In this document: positions 27,201 to 42,819 of the stretch, one piece after another
How positions within the stretch are numbered: the first letter of the stretch is position 1
Layout of the letters: the number at the start of each line of letters is the position of its first letter
Origin: the human T2T-CHM13v2.0 reference genome, Homo sapiens
DNA: 64,000 nucleotides
Direction: 5' to 3' (one strand)
Assembly (NCBI RefSeq): GCF_009914755.1
Contig: NC_060947.1
The notes under the pieces: generated by a model
What the model was told of the DNA's origin: nothing
Seen by the model: only the letters and a program-made list of their open reading frames with translations
Databases searched by the model: none
Translations under genes and position numbers: made by a program

Positions 27201-28221
27201 TTACAATTTGGTATGTTTTTGCAGTAGCTGATACAGGTTTTTCCTTTTCATATTTAGTGCTTCCTTCAGGAGCTCTTGTAAGGCAGGCCTGGTGGTGACA
27301 AAATCTCTCAGCATTTGCTTATCTGTAAAGGATTTTCTTTCTCCTTCACTTGTGAAGCTTAGTCTGGCTGGATATGAAATTCTGGGTTGAAAATTCTTTT
27401 CTTTAAGAATGTTGAATATTGGCACCCACTCTCTCTGGCTTTTAGGGTTTCTGCAGAGAGATGTGCTGTTAGTCTGATGGGCTTCCCTTTGTGGGTAACC
27501 TGACCTTTCTCTCTGGCTGCCCTTAACATTTTTTCCTTCATTTCAACCTTGGTGAGTCTGATGATTATGTATCTTGGGGTTGCTCTTCTCGAGGAGTATC
27601 TTTGTTGTGTTCTCTATATTTCCTGAATTTGAATGTTGACCTGTCTTGCTAGGTTGGGGAAGTTCTCCTGGATAATATCCTGAAGAGCATTTTCCAACTT
27701 GGTTCTATTCTCCTCATCACTTTCAGGTACACCAATTAAATGTAGGTTTGGTCTTTTCACATAGCCCCATTTTTCTTGGAGGCTTTGTTCATTTCTTTTC
27801 ATTCTTTTTTTCTCTAATATTGTCTTACACTTTATTTCATCAAGTTGATCTTCAATCTCTGATATCTCTTCTTCTGCTTGATCAGTTCAGCTATTGATAC
27901 TTGTGTATGGTTCACGAAGTTCTCGTTCTGTGTTTTTCAGCTCCATCAGGTCATTTATGTTCTCTAAACTGGTTATTCCAGTTAGCAATTCATCTAACTT
28001 TTTTTCAAGGTTCTTAGCTTCCTTGCATTGGGTTAGAACATGCTCCTTTAGCTTGGAGGAGTTTGTTATTACCCACCTTCTGAAGCCTACTTTTGTCCAT
28101 TCGTCAAACTCATTCTCCATCCAGTTTTGTTCCCTTGCTGACGAGGAGTTGTGATCCTTTGGAGGAGAAGAGGCATTCTGGTTTTGGGAATTTTTAGCCT
28201 TTTTCCCTGGTTTTTCCTCAT
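27201..28221 (-). pseudogene. L1 ORF1p, disrupted
   Basis: Fragments such as KRPNLHLIGVPE, KGKPIRLTA, KNFQPRISYPARLSF split across separate ORFs. Confidence 0.93.
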
Positions 28222-28929
28222 CTTTGTGGATTTATCTACCTTTTGTCTTTTATGTTGGTGACCTTCGGATGGGATTATTGTGTGGATGTCCCTTTTGTTG
28301 ATGTTGATGCTATTCCTTTCTGTTTGTTAGCTTTTATTCTAACAGTCAGGCCCCTCTGCCGCAGGTCTGGTGCAGTTTGCTGGAGGTCCACTACAGACCC
28401 TGTTTGCCTGGGTATCACCAGTGGAGACTGCAGAACAGCAAAGATTGCTGCCTGTTCTTTCCTCCGGAAGCTTTGTCCTAAAGGGGCACCCACAAGATGC
28501 TAGCTGGAGCTCTCCTGTATGAAGTTTCTATCAACCCCTGCTGGGAGGTATCTACCAGTCAGGAGGCACTAGGGTCAGGGACCCACTTGAGGAGGTGGTC
28601 TGTCCCTTAGCAGAGCTTGAGTGCTGTGCTGGGAGAGCTGCTGCTCTCTTCAGAGCTGGCAGGCAGGAATGTTTAAGTCCACTGAAGCTGCACCCACAGT
28701 CGCCCCTTCCCCCAGGTGCTCTGTCCCAGTGAGATGGGAGTTTTATCTATAAGCCCCTGACTAGGGCTGCTGCCTTTCTGTCAGAGATTCCCTGCCCAGA
28801 GAGGAGGAATCTAGAGAGGCAGTCTGACTACTGTGGCTTGGCCAAGCTGCGGTGGGCTCCACCCAGTTTGAACTTCCCAGCGGCTTTGTTTACACTGTGA
28901 GGTGAAAATCGCCTACTCAAGCCTCAGTA

Positions 28930-29148
28930 ATGGCGGACGCCCCTACCCCCACCAAGCTCGAGCAACCCAGGTCGACTTCAGATTGCTATGCTGGCAGTAA
29001 TAATTTCAATCCAGTGCATCTTAGCTTGCTGGTCTCCATGGGGGTGGGATCTGCTGAGCTAGACCACTTGGCTCCCTGGCTTCAGCCCCCTTTCCAGGGG
29101 AGTGAACAGTTCTGTCTCACTGTCATTCCAGGTGCCACTACAGTATGA
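28930..29148 (+). CDS. L1 ORF0-like antisense ORF (72 aa); expression unknown
   Basis: MADAPTPTKLEQPRSTSDCYAGS..SMGVGSAE resembles recalled L1HS ORF0 (MAGAPPPASLPPCSLISDCCAS..SVGVGPSE); antisense in the 5'UTR; start context GTAATGG. Confidence 0.6.
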   Translation: MADAPTPTKLEQPRSTSDCYAGSNNFNPVHLSLLVSMGVGSAELDHLAPWLQPPFQGSEQFCLTVIPGATTV

Positions 29149-29556
29149 AAAATAAACTCCTGCAGCTAGCTTGGTGTCTGCCCAAATGGCTGCCCAGTTT
29201 TCTGCTTGAAACCCAGGGCTCTGGCATTGTAGGCACCTGAAGGAATCTCCTTGTCTGCGGGTTGCGAAGACCATGGGAAAAGAGTAGTATCTGGGCCAGA
29301 ATGCACTGTTCCTCATGGCACAGTCCCTCATGGCTTCCCTTGGCTAGGGGAGGGAGTTCCCTGACCCCCTGTGATTCCCAGGTGAGGCAACACCCCACCC
29401 TGCTTCTGCTCGCCCTCGGTGGGCTGCACCTGCTGTCTAACCAGTACCATTGAGATGAGCTGGGTACCTCAGTTGGAAATGCAGAAATCACCCACCTTCT
29501 GCGTTGATCTCGCTGAGAGCTGCACACTGGAGCTGTTCCTATTTGGCCATCTTGCC

Positions 29557-30689
29557 CTAGACCATAAAAACCATAGAAGAAACCCCAGGCAACATCATTC
29601 AGGACATGGGCATGGGCAAAGACTTCGTGACTAAAACAACAAAAGCAATGGTAACAAAAGCCAAAATTGACAAGTTGGATCTAATTAAACTAAAGAGCTT
29701 CTGCACAGCAAAAGAAACTATCATCAGAGTGAACAGGCAACCTACAGAATGGGAGAAAATTTCTGCAACCTACTCATCTGACAAAGGGCTAATATCCATA
29801 ATCTACAAGGAACTTAAACAAATTTACAAGAAAAAAATCAAACAACCCCACTGAAAATGGGCGAAGGCTATGAACAGACACTTCTCAAAAGAAGACATTT
29901 ATGCGGCCAACAAACACATGAAAAAAAGCTCATCATCACTGGTCATTAGAGAAATACAAACAAAACCACAATGAGATATCACCTCACTCCAGGTAGAATG
30001 GCGATCATTAAAAAGTCAGGAAACAACAGGTGCTGGAGAGGATGTGGAGAAATAGGAACACTTTTACACTGTTGGTGGGACTGTAAATTAGTTCAACCAT
30101 TGTGGAAGACAGTGTGGCAATTCCTCAAGGATCTAGAACCAGAAATACCATTTGACCCAGCCATCCCATTACTGGGTATATACCCAAAGGATTATAAATC
30201 ATGCTGCTATAAAGACACATGCACACATATGCTTATTGCAGCACTATTCACAATAGCAAAGACTTGGAACCAACCCAAATGCCCATCAATGATAGACTGG
30301 AAAAAGAAAATGTGGCACATATACACCATGGAATACTATGCAGCCATAAAAAAGAATGAGTTCATGTCCTTTGCAGGGACATGGATGAAGCTGGAAACCA
30401 TCATTCTCAGCTAACTGACACAGGAATAGAAAACCAAACACTGCATGTTCTCACTCATAAGTGGGAGTCGAATAATGAGAACACATGGACCCAGGGAGGG
30501 GAACATCACACACCGGGGCTTTTTGGGGGGATGAGGGGCTAGGGGAGGGATAGCATTAGGAGAAATACTTCATGTAGATGACGGGTTGATGGGTGCAGCA
30601 AACCACCATGGAACGTGTATACCTATGCAACAAACCTGCACATTCTGCACATGTATCCCAGAATTTAAAGTATAATAATAAAAAAAAAA
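29557..30689 (+). mobile_element. L1PA (PA7-like) 3' portion with disrupted ORF2 C-terminus, 3'UTR and polyA
   Basis: MGMGKDF.., [18 protein letters not shown]; 3'UTR GTAGATGACGGGTTGATGGGTGCAGCAAACCACCATGG; A tract 30680-30689. Confidence 0.97.
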
Positions 30690-30870
30690 TGCTAAAGTGA
30701 GTTCATCAAGCTAAAAGAGAATGATGCTAATGAATAACACAAAAACATCTGAAAGTATAAAACTTACTGGTAAAAGAAAGTACACAGTCAAATTTAGAAT
30801 AATACTGTAATGGTGGTGTATAAAAAAAAAGTAGTTTTAAAAGAAGTATATAGAGTATAATTATAGAGCT
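30690..30870 (+). mobile_element. Old L1M fragment (ORF1 end/inter-ORF)
   Basis: TGCTAAAGTGAGTTCATCAAGC..AAAACTTACTGGTAAAAG..TACTGTAATGGTGGTG. Confidence 0.65.
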
Positions 30871-31571
30871 AGATATTTTTACCACATATATTTTGCCAAA
30901 GAAAAAAAGATTAGGATGATTCAAAAATTCAAAAAAAAGATGGCATGACTGAGATTTTAGTTAATTTTTAATTTATTATATATTCTCATCTTTATTTGAG
31001 TGTATCTTTATTTTATTCATTTTTTATAATGAACATATATAACTTGAATAATAATTTAAAAACTTTAAAAACTAGCAAAGCAATGACATTTCTCTAACAT
31101 TAGTATGGCAAAGTTTTATATTTAAAGATAGGCTTCAGAGAGGATTCATGTATCTCTTTTAAATTTTTTTCTTCCTGATAACATTTTTCTTTATTATTTC
31201 AAGTTTTTATCTTTGTTAGATAGAAAATGGCTGATCCTATAAAATTACATAATTTACAAATGATTTATTCAAGAAATCATATGAAAGAGATGTCAACATT
31301 TTGAATTGATTCTTTTTAATGGAATTGTGTTAATTTGGAAATTAAAACTAAAATGTTCAGTTAAATATGACTATTGTTATATTTTTAATATAAAACATCC
31401 AATTAATTGGAGGCAGCTATGTAAATTACTACATTTCTCAGTGATCATCATCCTGTTCAGCATTAAAAAGACAAATTACCTATCAGACTGTTTTGTTCAG
31501 GTCAAGGAGGGTTGTGTGGCATAATTTAAATAATTAGAAGATATGTAAGCATAAGTTTGATATGATTTCTT

Positions 31572-33060
<1,489 letters not shown>

Positions 33061-33137
33061 CTAGTAGTATACACCACTGTAACACATTACAAGGCAATCT
33101 TTCATAAGAAATTCTTAAGTGAATTCAATATGTTTCA

Positions 33138-33440
<303 letters not shown>

Positions 33441-34402
33441 CAGTTTAATGTTGTGTCAAAAGTATCTATTTACAAACTAACATTCTTCTCCTTGACCTAT
33501 ACCAACTGTAAATAACCTGAATGTTAAGCTTCAGTGCACTGTAGTAATGAGAGAAATAATAAGCTGTAGAAAAAATAGATTAATAATAAAAGAATCATGT
33601 AAAAATAAATTATCTCTATATTGATGTTGTTGCACGAGAGGAACGCAAGCAATGCTTGGAACTTAACTATGATAAATCAGAGAATATATTGAAAAATTAA
33701 GGCATATTGTTAAATTCTATGCAGTAATTTCAAACACAGCACGAAGAGTACATTTGTTTAGAAACCACTTCCTAGATCATGCTTTAGATTTTTTTAATGA
33801 AGTAGAGTTTTATTAAAATTATTTACTGATTAAATTATTTAGTGATGATGCAAATAAGCCAACAGTTAGTTCCACCTCAAAACTTAGCTCAAGTGGAATA
33901 AATCCAGTTTAAGAGTTGCCTTCAATTCTCAATTGAATAAATATATATGTTACTAAAAACAGAACTACCTTTACATTTTCAAAGTCATCCAAGATAGATG
34001 GTGTTGCATCTATTCAAAATTCAGCTTCTACTTTTAATTATCCATGGTTATTTTTGTCCTAGAATTAGCAAAGAGAGTATATTATCCAAAAATGGATGAT
34101 AGATCTCAGATTACATTGAATTTAGTTTGTTTTATGCTTATAATTTGATATCCAAGCTATTTGTTATATTTAATAATTAAGGAATTTTTACTTCAATACA
34201 GGAAAATCAGTGGGGAATTTAATATTTGCTGTAGTCTGTTCTGAGGAATGAGTGTTATTCATTAGTCTTTCCATTAGCTAATTGCATATCTCGTCTTGTA
34301 ATATTTTCTTCCTGTACATGTGAATTCATAAGAAATATTCCCCAGGTAATAATGCAACAATAAGTAAAAATACTTAACATAGGTTATAATAATAAAATCA
34401 GC

Positions 34403-34858
34403 TGTAGTGAGTTGAATAGTGTCCCCCCCAAAATTCATGTTCTCCCAGAACTTCAGAATGTGACCTTATTGAGGAAAAGGTTTTTGCAGATGTAATTAGT
34501 TAAGAATCTCAAGATCCAACCATCCTGTATTTAGGTGAGCAATGACTGATGATTTTATAAGAGACAGGACAGGGAGATTTGAACACAGAGAGACATGCAG
34601 ATATAAAGAACACAGACCCAGAGAAAAGAAGTCCACACAAAGTTGTAAGCAGAGATTGGAGTTATGCTTTCACACGTGAAGAAATGCTTTCACACGTTGG
34701 AAGAGCAGAGGAAATATTATTTCATTGGAGCCTGATGTGGCTCTGTCGACATCATGATCAGACTTAAAGACTCTGGAACTGTAAAAGAATACATTTATGT
34801 TGTTTTAAGCCACTCAGTTTGTGGTGTTTTCTTATAGCAGCCCTAGGAAACTAATTTA
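34403..34858 (+). mobile_element. MLT1 (C/D-like) solo LTR
   Basis: TGTAGTGAGTTGAATAGTGTCCCC ... GCAGCCCTAGGAAACTAAT. Confidence 0.88.
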
Positions 34859-35778
34859 GCAAGTGTAGCCGTACTTTCACAGTTATAAGCAATCTAGTTG
34901 TTACTGAATGGGATTAAAAAGCTAAATCATTTTCTTTCATATTGACTCTTGAATATATATTTTTAAAAATTCCTTTTGTTGTTAATAATAAAATGGCTGA
35001 GAATAGTTGCCAGGAAATTATGAGAATTAGAGTAAAAATATAAATTAGAGTAAAAATGTGAAGTGGGTAATACAGCATTACTGGTTCGGATAATCTTTGT
35101 TTAAGGGCCAGATTTTAAGATCAATTATTCTATCAATTTTCCAAAGCACATACAATCTTTTTCCTTTCCTTCAAAGCTCATAAAATAAGGATTATAAGCT
35201 CATAAAATTCAGGATTATAAATCCTGAATAATCAGACTTGAGAGACAGAGTGAATGAATTTATCTATGCCATGGTTAGATGTCTCTGCATTCTAAACTAA
35301 TTCCTAGCAACACAGACATAGGCCAGATACAAATCGAAGAATATGATATCATTGAGGATTAAAGAAAATTTAATTACAGCTTATATCAATCATTAAAAAA
35401 CAGGAGTTCCAAGATCTTTGTTTCTGGTTCTTTTATTAATTATTTTGTAGTCAATTCATTTAACTTGTTTGGGTCTTGTTTTGTTTCCAGGTTTCAATTT
35501 ATCTCTACATCCTTTTCTAGCTTGAACAAGTCAAGTTCCTATAAAAAAGTAAAAGATATTTTAAAATCTGAAATTATCACAACTCTTGCTTAAATGGTAA
35601 GATAAATTTTAAGCCCAAAGAAGAAATATATATTATTACAGTATAAATAGATAATATTTTGAAGGAGTGGGGAATGGGAAGAGGTTGGTCAATGGGTATG
35701 AAATTTACTGTTAGGAGTATTAAGTTCTGGTTGTATTGCACAGTAGAGTGACTATAGTTAACAATAATATATGCTACA

Positions 35779-36118
35779 TAGTCAACCGTCTATAACTTTG
35801 GTTCTGCATCTTTCGATTCAACCAACAGAACATCAAATATATTCAGAAAGTAATGGATGGTCATGTCTGTGCTGAACAAGTACAGATTTTTTCTTGTCAT
35901 TATTCCCTTAAAAGTATAGTATAAAAACTATGTATATAGCATTTACATTGTATTAGGTGTTATAAGTAATCTAGGGATGTTTAAAAGTATACAGGAGAAT
36001 GTGTGTAGATTATATGCAAATACTATCCCATTTTATATAAGAGACTTGAGCATCCATGGATTTTGGCATTCTCAGGGGCTACTGGAACCAGTCCCCCATG
36101 GATACCAAGTGATGACAG
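35779..36118. mobile_element. Tigger3a/MER7-like element
   Basis: CATTTACATTGTATTAGG..ATAAGTAATCTAG..GGAACCAGTCCCCCATGGATACC. Confidence 0.85.
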
Positions 36119-36183
36119 CATTTCAAAATAGCTAGGATAGAGGATTTGGAATGTTTCCATCACAAAGAAAAGATAAATGTCTG

Positions 36184-36512
<329 letters not shown>

Positions 36513-37125
36513 CTAATTACCTTAATTTTGATTATTACATACTGTACACGTATTTCAAAATATCACATTGTATACCATAAATATGTACAATTATTATGTG
36601 TCAGTTAAAAACAAAAATGAATTTTAAAAAACAAAGTCAACTGGCATACCTAATAGATTTCTGTCTTTAAGTACTAGGTTAATGGAAGTTTAATTATAAT
36701 TTACCAAAATTCAACATAGCATATTGCTATTCATGTGTAAGGTGGGTCGCTGTACATTTTATTAGCAGATAAGCAAAGAATTGTATTTCCATGTAATTGA
36801 AAACCAATGGCAATTATTTAAAAATAAGAATGGCAAGAAATCTAATTTCATTCACCAAAACTAATGTAATGGTGCCAGCTAATATCCACTTTTGAACCTA
36901 AGAAATATTCAATTATTAGAAGAGAAGCTAATCCATTGTTTAATTTTTAGGAAATTCTTGATCTACATTATCTATCATATTTAAACAAGAAAGCCATTGG
37001 ATCCCACTTTGTCTTATAGAATCAATATACTTAAAATTTAACATTCATTTTTTTCTTCCCATTTTTAAATTTTAAAAATGTAAGCACTGAAAAATCTTAT
37101 TCACATGAAAAGGCAGAAGTTTAAG

Positions 37126-37130
37126 TAGAT

Positions 37131-37172
<42 letters not shown>

Positions 37173-37185
37173 CAGACAGATAGAT
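37126..37185. repeat. Compound STR (GATA)10(GACA)2GATA
   Basis: direct count. Confidence 0.97.
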
Positions 37186-37319
37186 CACGCAGTTCTTTTA
37201 ACTCCTTATGAGTTATTGGTGAAAACTCCCACAGTAAATTGTCATTAAGGTTTACTTTCAAAGATATACCAACTATACACTTGATTCACACTCCCATCAT
37301 TCCTTTTGTAAACAAAAAA

Positions 37320-37420
37320 ATTGAAAATCAATTTAATATTGCAAAGGAAGATAAAAAGAGAGGAAGAATAGAACAAAAGAACTATAAAACAATCGGAAAG
37401 CAATTTACAAAACGCCTAAC
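37320..37420 (+). mobile_element. Old L1M inter-ORF fragment
   Basis: CAAAGGAAGATAAAAAGAGAGGAAGAATAGAACAAAAGAACTATAAAACAA. Confidence 0.5.
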
Positions 37421-38099
37421 TTAACATTCTAACATAGGATTTAGACACCTTGAATAATTTCAATATCAAGAGTATTCTACATATGACTGAATAATGACAG
37501 CATGTTACAGTTTTAAAATAATTTAAATCTAAATATTTGTATGTGTATTAAAAGTTAAATTTTTAAATGCTTTCATTTTCTGGATCTACATCACAACAAT
37601 CCTGTGAAGTTGAAAAGAGCTAATCCTACCATCATTTGCTAGCCCTGAAACTTACTATCTGTGAGCTGAGAGACTGAATCACCTGACCAAAATTTTTTAG
37701 CCAGCCACGGCTGAGTTAACAGTTAAGGCCAAATCCTCTCTTTCTTAATCCACAATGATTTTCACTGTACCATTTACTTCACAGAAAAAAAAAACTAAAA
37801 CATCTATGAAAAAGATTATTCTAGATTATATAAAAAGGCCTAACAATACTTTTGAGGATAAATCAAGACTTTGATGGTATTTATGCGGGTTTACCAATAC
37901 AAGTTTCAACTGAAAACAAGTTTTGTTATTTTAGCCTAGAAAACTTAAACAAAGAAAATAAAACAATAACAGCTTTCAAGAATCAAAATAAAACATGTTT
38001 TAAGTCACGTTTTACAAACTGCAATTAATGTTTTGATTTCCTTCCATGACCCTTAACTATTGATACAGAAAATGGGTATCAGTAATACCAAAAACAACT

Positions 38100-38310
38100 C
38101 ATACTTACCAAGCACTCATATATTTTTAACACTAAGTCTTACCATAACTTTTTATAGGAGGCTCAGATATTTTCCTATTTTACAGATTAGGAAACTGAAG
38201 GAAGGAGAGATAGATTAAGCAACTTTCCTATGCTTACAGCTCATAAATGTCACCCCCTGAATACAAATACAGTGTGACTATAGAGGTCGCTCAGGCTTAA
38301 CTGCTATATG
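38100..38310. mobile_element. MIR remnant
   Basis: CCTATTTTACAGATTAGGAAACTGAAG..TTAAGCAACTT. Confidence 0.65.
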
Positions 38311-40744
38311 AAACCTCAATGCTTTGATATAGGATATATATTTTATAGTGAAGAGAATGATGCAATTCTTTCATTCATTGATCCTATCATTTAATACTGG
38401 GGTGAAGAAGATGAAAAGGGGAAAGTTTTCACCACAAAGGAGTCTGTAAGCTTGAAATTATGACTTCCAATATTTATTTAATAGGACAGGTAATTTTCCC
38501 AGGTTTTTAAATTAAAAAAAAACCCTTTTAGATATTTCTCTTTGTTACTATTGTAGCAAGGCACTCTAGACACTATAATTAATTTTGATCCTGCCATTAT
38601 TTTGAATATTACCTCATTAAAATAGGAATAAATGATGGAACTACCATTTGGCAAAAAATAAAAATGAAATAAAAGTCCGATTTTGAAAAGTACATATTGC
38701 TCTGGACTTTGAGGAGATACTTCACTCATATTTATGGAACCTTTCTAAGGGGCTGAGAACTTAAAAGTTGTTTGTCAAAGAGCTGTAAATGTCTGGAAAA
38801 TAATACATACACACTTATAGGCAGAAATACAAGCATGGAATTTGTACATTGTTAGCATAAATATTTTTCACATAAACCTTAATAAAGCCTTCAGCCCATT
38901 CCTGGAAGCCTCTCCAATTTTCTAAAAGCTGTCTTTAAATATTCTTGGCTTCTCATGTTTGATTTAGGTCTGCAGGCTATGCTTCAAGTCAATAACTTCA
39001 CATAATGGAGCTCAGTTTTGTATTTTGTAAACCAGGTGCATAATAAGTCTGTACATTGGCTCAACCACTTTGATCTTTCTCCACTGTCTTGTAAGAACGC
39101 TGCAAGACTCTGTGCGTCAACATCTGCCCATTAATCCACAAAATCTGTCCTGCCATTCAGTGAACCTTTTCATCTTCTTAGTGTTGTTTCTGCACTTAAC
39201 TAAAACATTCTTGATTCCTACATACGTAAACACTGTCTTATTCTGAAAACCACCACCTTCCTCTCTACACCCAAATACAGTGATACACACATATATTGGA
39301 ATAAAAAAAATTGAAGGTTTCTTTAAGCTAGAGGGCTAGTAATCTTCTGCTAGTGTGCTGTTGAAGAAAATTTTACAAAAGGAAAACTTCTTTAAAAGTA
39401 TATCGTTTAAGGCCATCTAAAAACTAGCATCTGAAAGATAAGAAGCGCAGCCTCAGTTTTTTGTGAGTAACTGTTGTAGTTGCTTATGCTGATATGCATA
39501 AAAGATAATGTAAATATATCTTTATAAGAGCTGTTGTTTACTTAGAGAGGAATGGCTCTTTATTGTATTCAGAAGGAGAAAGCTGTTGCAGTTTAATTAA
39601 AATAAACAAGTCATGAGTTGGAGATAAATAACAGAGGTTCACTTAAAATGAACTAAAGGTATTATTAATTAAATAGATATCAAGCCAAAAGGTATTAAAA
39701 TTTTCATGTCAATGACCATTGCATGCTACTAACACATTCAAAATATATACCTGAACAAACCTTTTTATTATTGTGCTGTATTTTGGTGGGAGCTGCATTT
39801 AGATTCAGGATAATAATGCCTTTTGTTAATTTATCAAAATGTATGAAATACACACTCTACATTATGGGTCCCTATTTTAATTGATGTGTTTGATATTCAT
39901 AATCAAAATGTTTTAATGCCTTAACTTTATTTTTTGAATAGTCTATCTAATTTCAGACAGCTGGTAATGACCCCTCAATAAATACTGACTGACCAAAGAA
40001 GACATCCTATAAAAGATGTGCTCTCTGCTGACAGACTCACAACTACTATTATACACATACAATGATACAATTAAAAGTAAAAATAAAACAGCACATAAAA
40101 CTCTAAAGCACATTTACAAGATCTTCAACAGTAAAAGCAAACTGTTTTTGCTTTCTTTAAATTGAAAATTGAAGCAATTTTCATTGGAACCATGGATGAC
40201 ATGATACTGTAAGGGGAAGATAGCAGGAAATAGTAAAACAAAACAGAAGAAAACAAACAAAAACTACAGAGCCAGGACTCGACTCAATTCATAAGGGCTT
40301 TATAAACTGAAGGCAATACCATGAATTGTTCCTGGACACAAATATACAGTCATAACCATTTTGGGAGTATGGATATCACATCCAACATATGGCAAATTTA
40401 TTTCAGCATATGGTATACCAATCTATACTTGTGGAAACCTTCTCCCCTCCTCTGTATCTTCTTATGGGAGATCCTATGGAACAGAGTGTTTTGTCAGTGG
40501 GAATCTGACTATACAGAGATTAACGACTGTAGTCTAAAGACTAGAAGAGACTTTATCCAAACCAAACAAGCAAGTATAGACAGGGACAGAGGTCTAGGCC
40601 CCAAAGGAGAAACCAAGTGGCTATAGTGTTTGGAGGCTAGAGCATTATAGATTCAAGAATATTCTAATATTTTACCTTTAGTAAATAACATTTATTATGC
40701 TTCTATTGTATTATCAGGATCCTAGAAATAGCTTCCCTTTAAAC

Positions 40745-41202
40745 CAGGGGTTAATCTGGTGTCCACAGAAGCACAAGGGCTCTGTGGATAGAATTTAGGG
40801 AATCCATGATATTGAATGGGGAAAAAAAAAACATTTTCACTAAAGTCTAAATAAAATGTATCTTTTTCTTTTATCACGAATTATTCTCATCAGTAGAAGC
40901 CAGCTAGATAGTATTATAATCATATTACAGTTGTAGACCCCTTAAAATGTACTTTATAACTATAATGACTTCAAAATTACTGTAGTTATTAAACTTGCCA
41001 ATAAATATTGTTATGCAAAACATTAATGAAAACATATGCATCCTTATATCACAAATTTGATATTTTATAAATGTATTTAAATTTAAGTGGTTCCTTATAA
41101 TCCTGTTATCTATGCATTCAATAATGTTATTCTGAGATAGCATATATATGCACCACCAGACTTCCAAAGATTTGCTGACTTTTAAAAGTTTCAGAACCCC
41201 TA
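40745..41202. mobile_element. MER113-like hAT-Charlie element
   Basis: CAGGGGTT ... AACCCCTA termini; 8-bp TSD CTTTAAAC / CTTTAAAT (40737-40744, 41203-41210). Confidence 0.8.
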
Positions 41203-41800
41203 CTTTAAATCCCTTGAAAATTTTAAGAGTTTAAGAAAGACATAGGTTTGTGAGAAACGACGTCGAACAACAGACTAGATATGGCCCTTAATGCAAGATT
41301 TTGCTTAGTTTAAAATGCAACATTTAGGCAATGATTTGAAATAATAGTGTTAATAATATATCAGAAATCCAAACTTTAACTACTTTGTCTTCATTCATAA
41401 AATTTACACGTATCTAGGTATGTCAGAGGCTTGGCAAGTGGTCACTATGGAAAGCGACCACAATTACAGTATTGTAATTGTGTAAGGTACTGAAGAAAGG
41501 AATGAAGTTACAGGTTTTTCTCTTGAAATTATAATTAGGGACATTTTTTAAAAAAAGGTCAGCACACACCCAATGGACTTATGCATACTTACGAAAACAT
41601 ATACAAAACATATGCATATATACAAAAACATACACACATATTTATATCCAAGAATTTAATCCCACTACCATCCAAATGTGAATATCTGGCTACATTCACA
41701 TGAATCATTTCTGAGGCAATATCTAAAGCCAGCTTCATCTGCATTTAATTTTCTCATATCCTTGAAAGTTCAAACTGGAAAATTGGCATTCAAATCTTAA

Positions 41801-42214
<414 letters not shown>

Positions 42215-42819
42215 TAGCTTTAAGTGTTATTTATTTATTTCTGTGCATATGACATTTGAGGGTTATTCTCACTGAAGGACTTTTGCTCAATTGTTTTTCA
42301 GTACAATTTTGCTTCAATTGTGACCATGGGTATGACAGCACTCAGGGGAAATGACATCAGTGCTTTGCCTGGCCATTAGCACTCAAAAAAATTTTCTAAA
42401 GTATCAGTACAAACCCCCAGAGAAGCTGGCTAAACATGATTGTAAGTCCCCTATCCTGTGTTTACTTGAAAACAGAGCCTGTGGTGAAAGATTATTAGGG
42501 AGTTTGAAAAGCAGGAGTCCAAGAAAAGTGAGATGGGGAAATGGGGAGAGCAAATACTGAGGGTACCCCAGGGCATATGCCAATGCTTAAGAAGGTAAAA
42601 ACAGAGTGATTAAGCAGAAAATTGTGGCTCAAATATTTCAGGAGGCAATAAAACTGCACAAAAGAAAACTGGAGTTAAGACTATCAAAGATGGACACTGT
42701 CTTAACTGGACTGGCTAAAACAAAAAAGTCTAAGGTTTAGAGATGAGAAAACCTAGAAAAGTGAATACAATACAGCTTCAGCAAAATCTAAACCCAAAGC
42801 AAGACAGGTATAAAAAAAG

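Larger units (their letters stand above)
25335..29556 (-). mobile_element. L1PA (PA7-like) inverted 5' portion: 5'UTR, ORF1, about the first 600 codons of ORF2
   Basis: Minus strand starts CAAGATGGCCAAATAGGAACAGCTCC (L1PA 5' end); ORF1/ORF2 peptides in the ORF track; ends at the RT motif IDAEKAF. Confidence 0.97.

Noticed and set aside
25335-30689. Retrotransposition-competent L1
   Set aside because: ORF1 and ORF2 are disrupted, and ORF2 is split by the inversion and partly deleted
34664-35058. Small 18-20-bp tandem duplications near 34664 and 35025
   Set aside because: Common slippage products with no further structure
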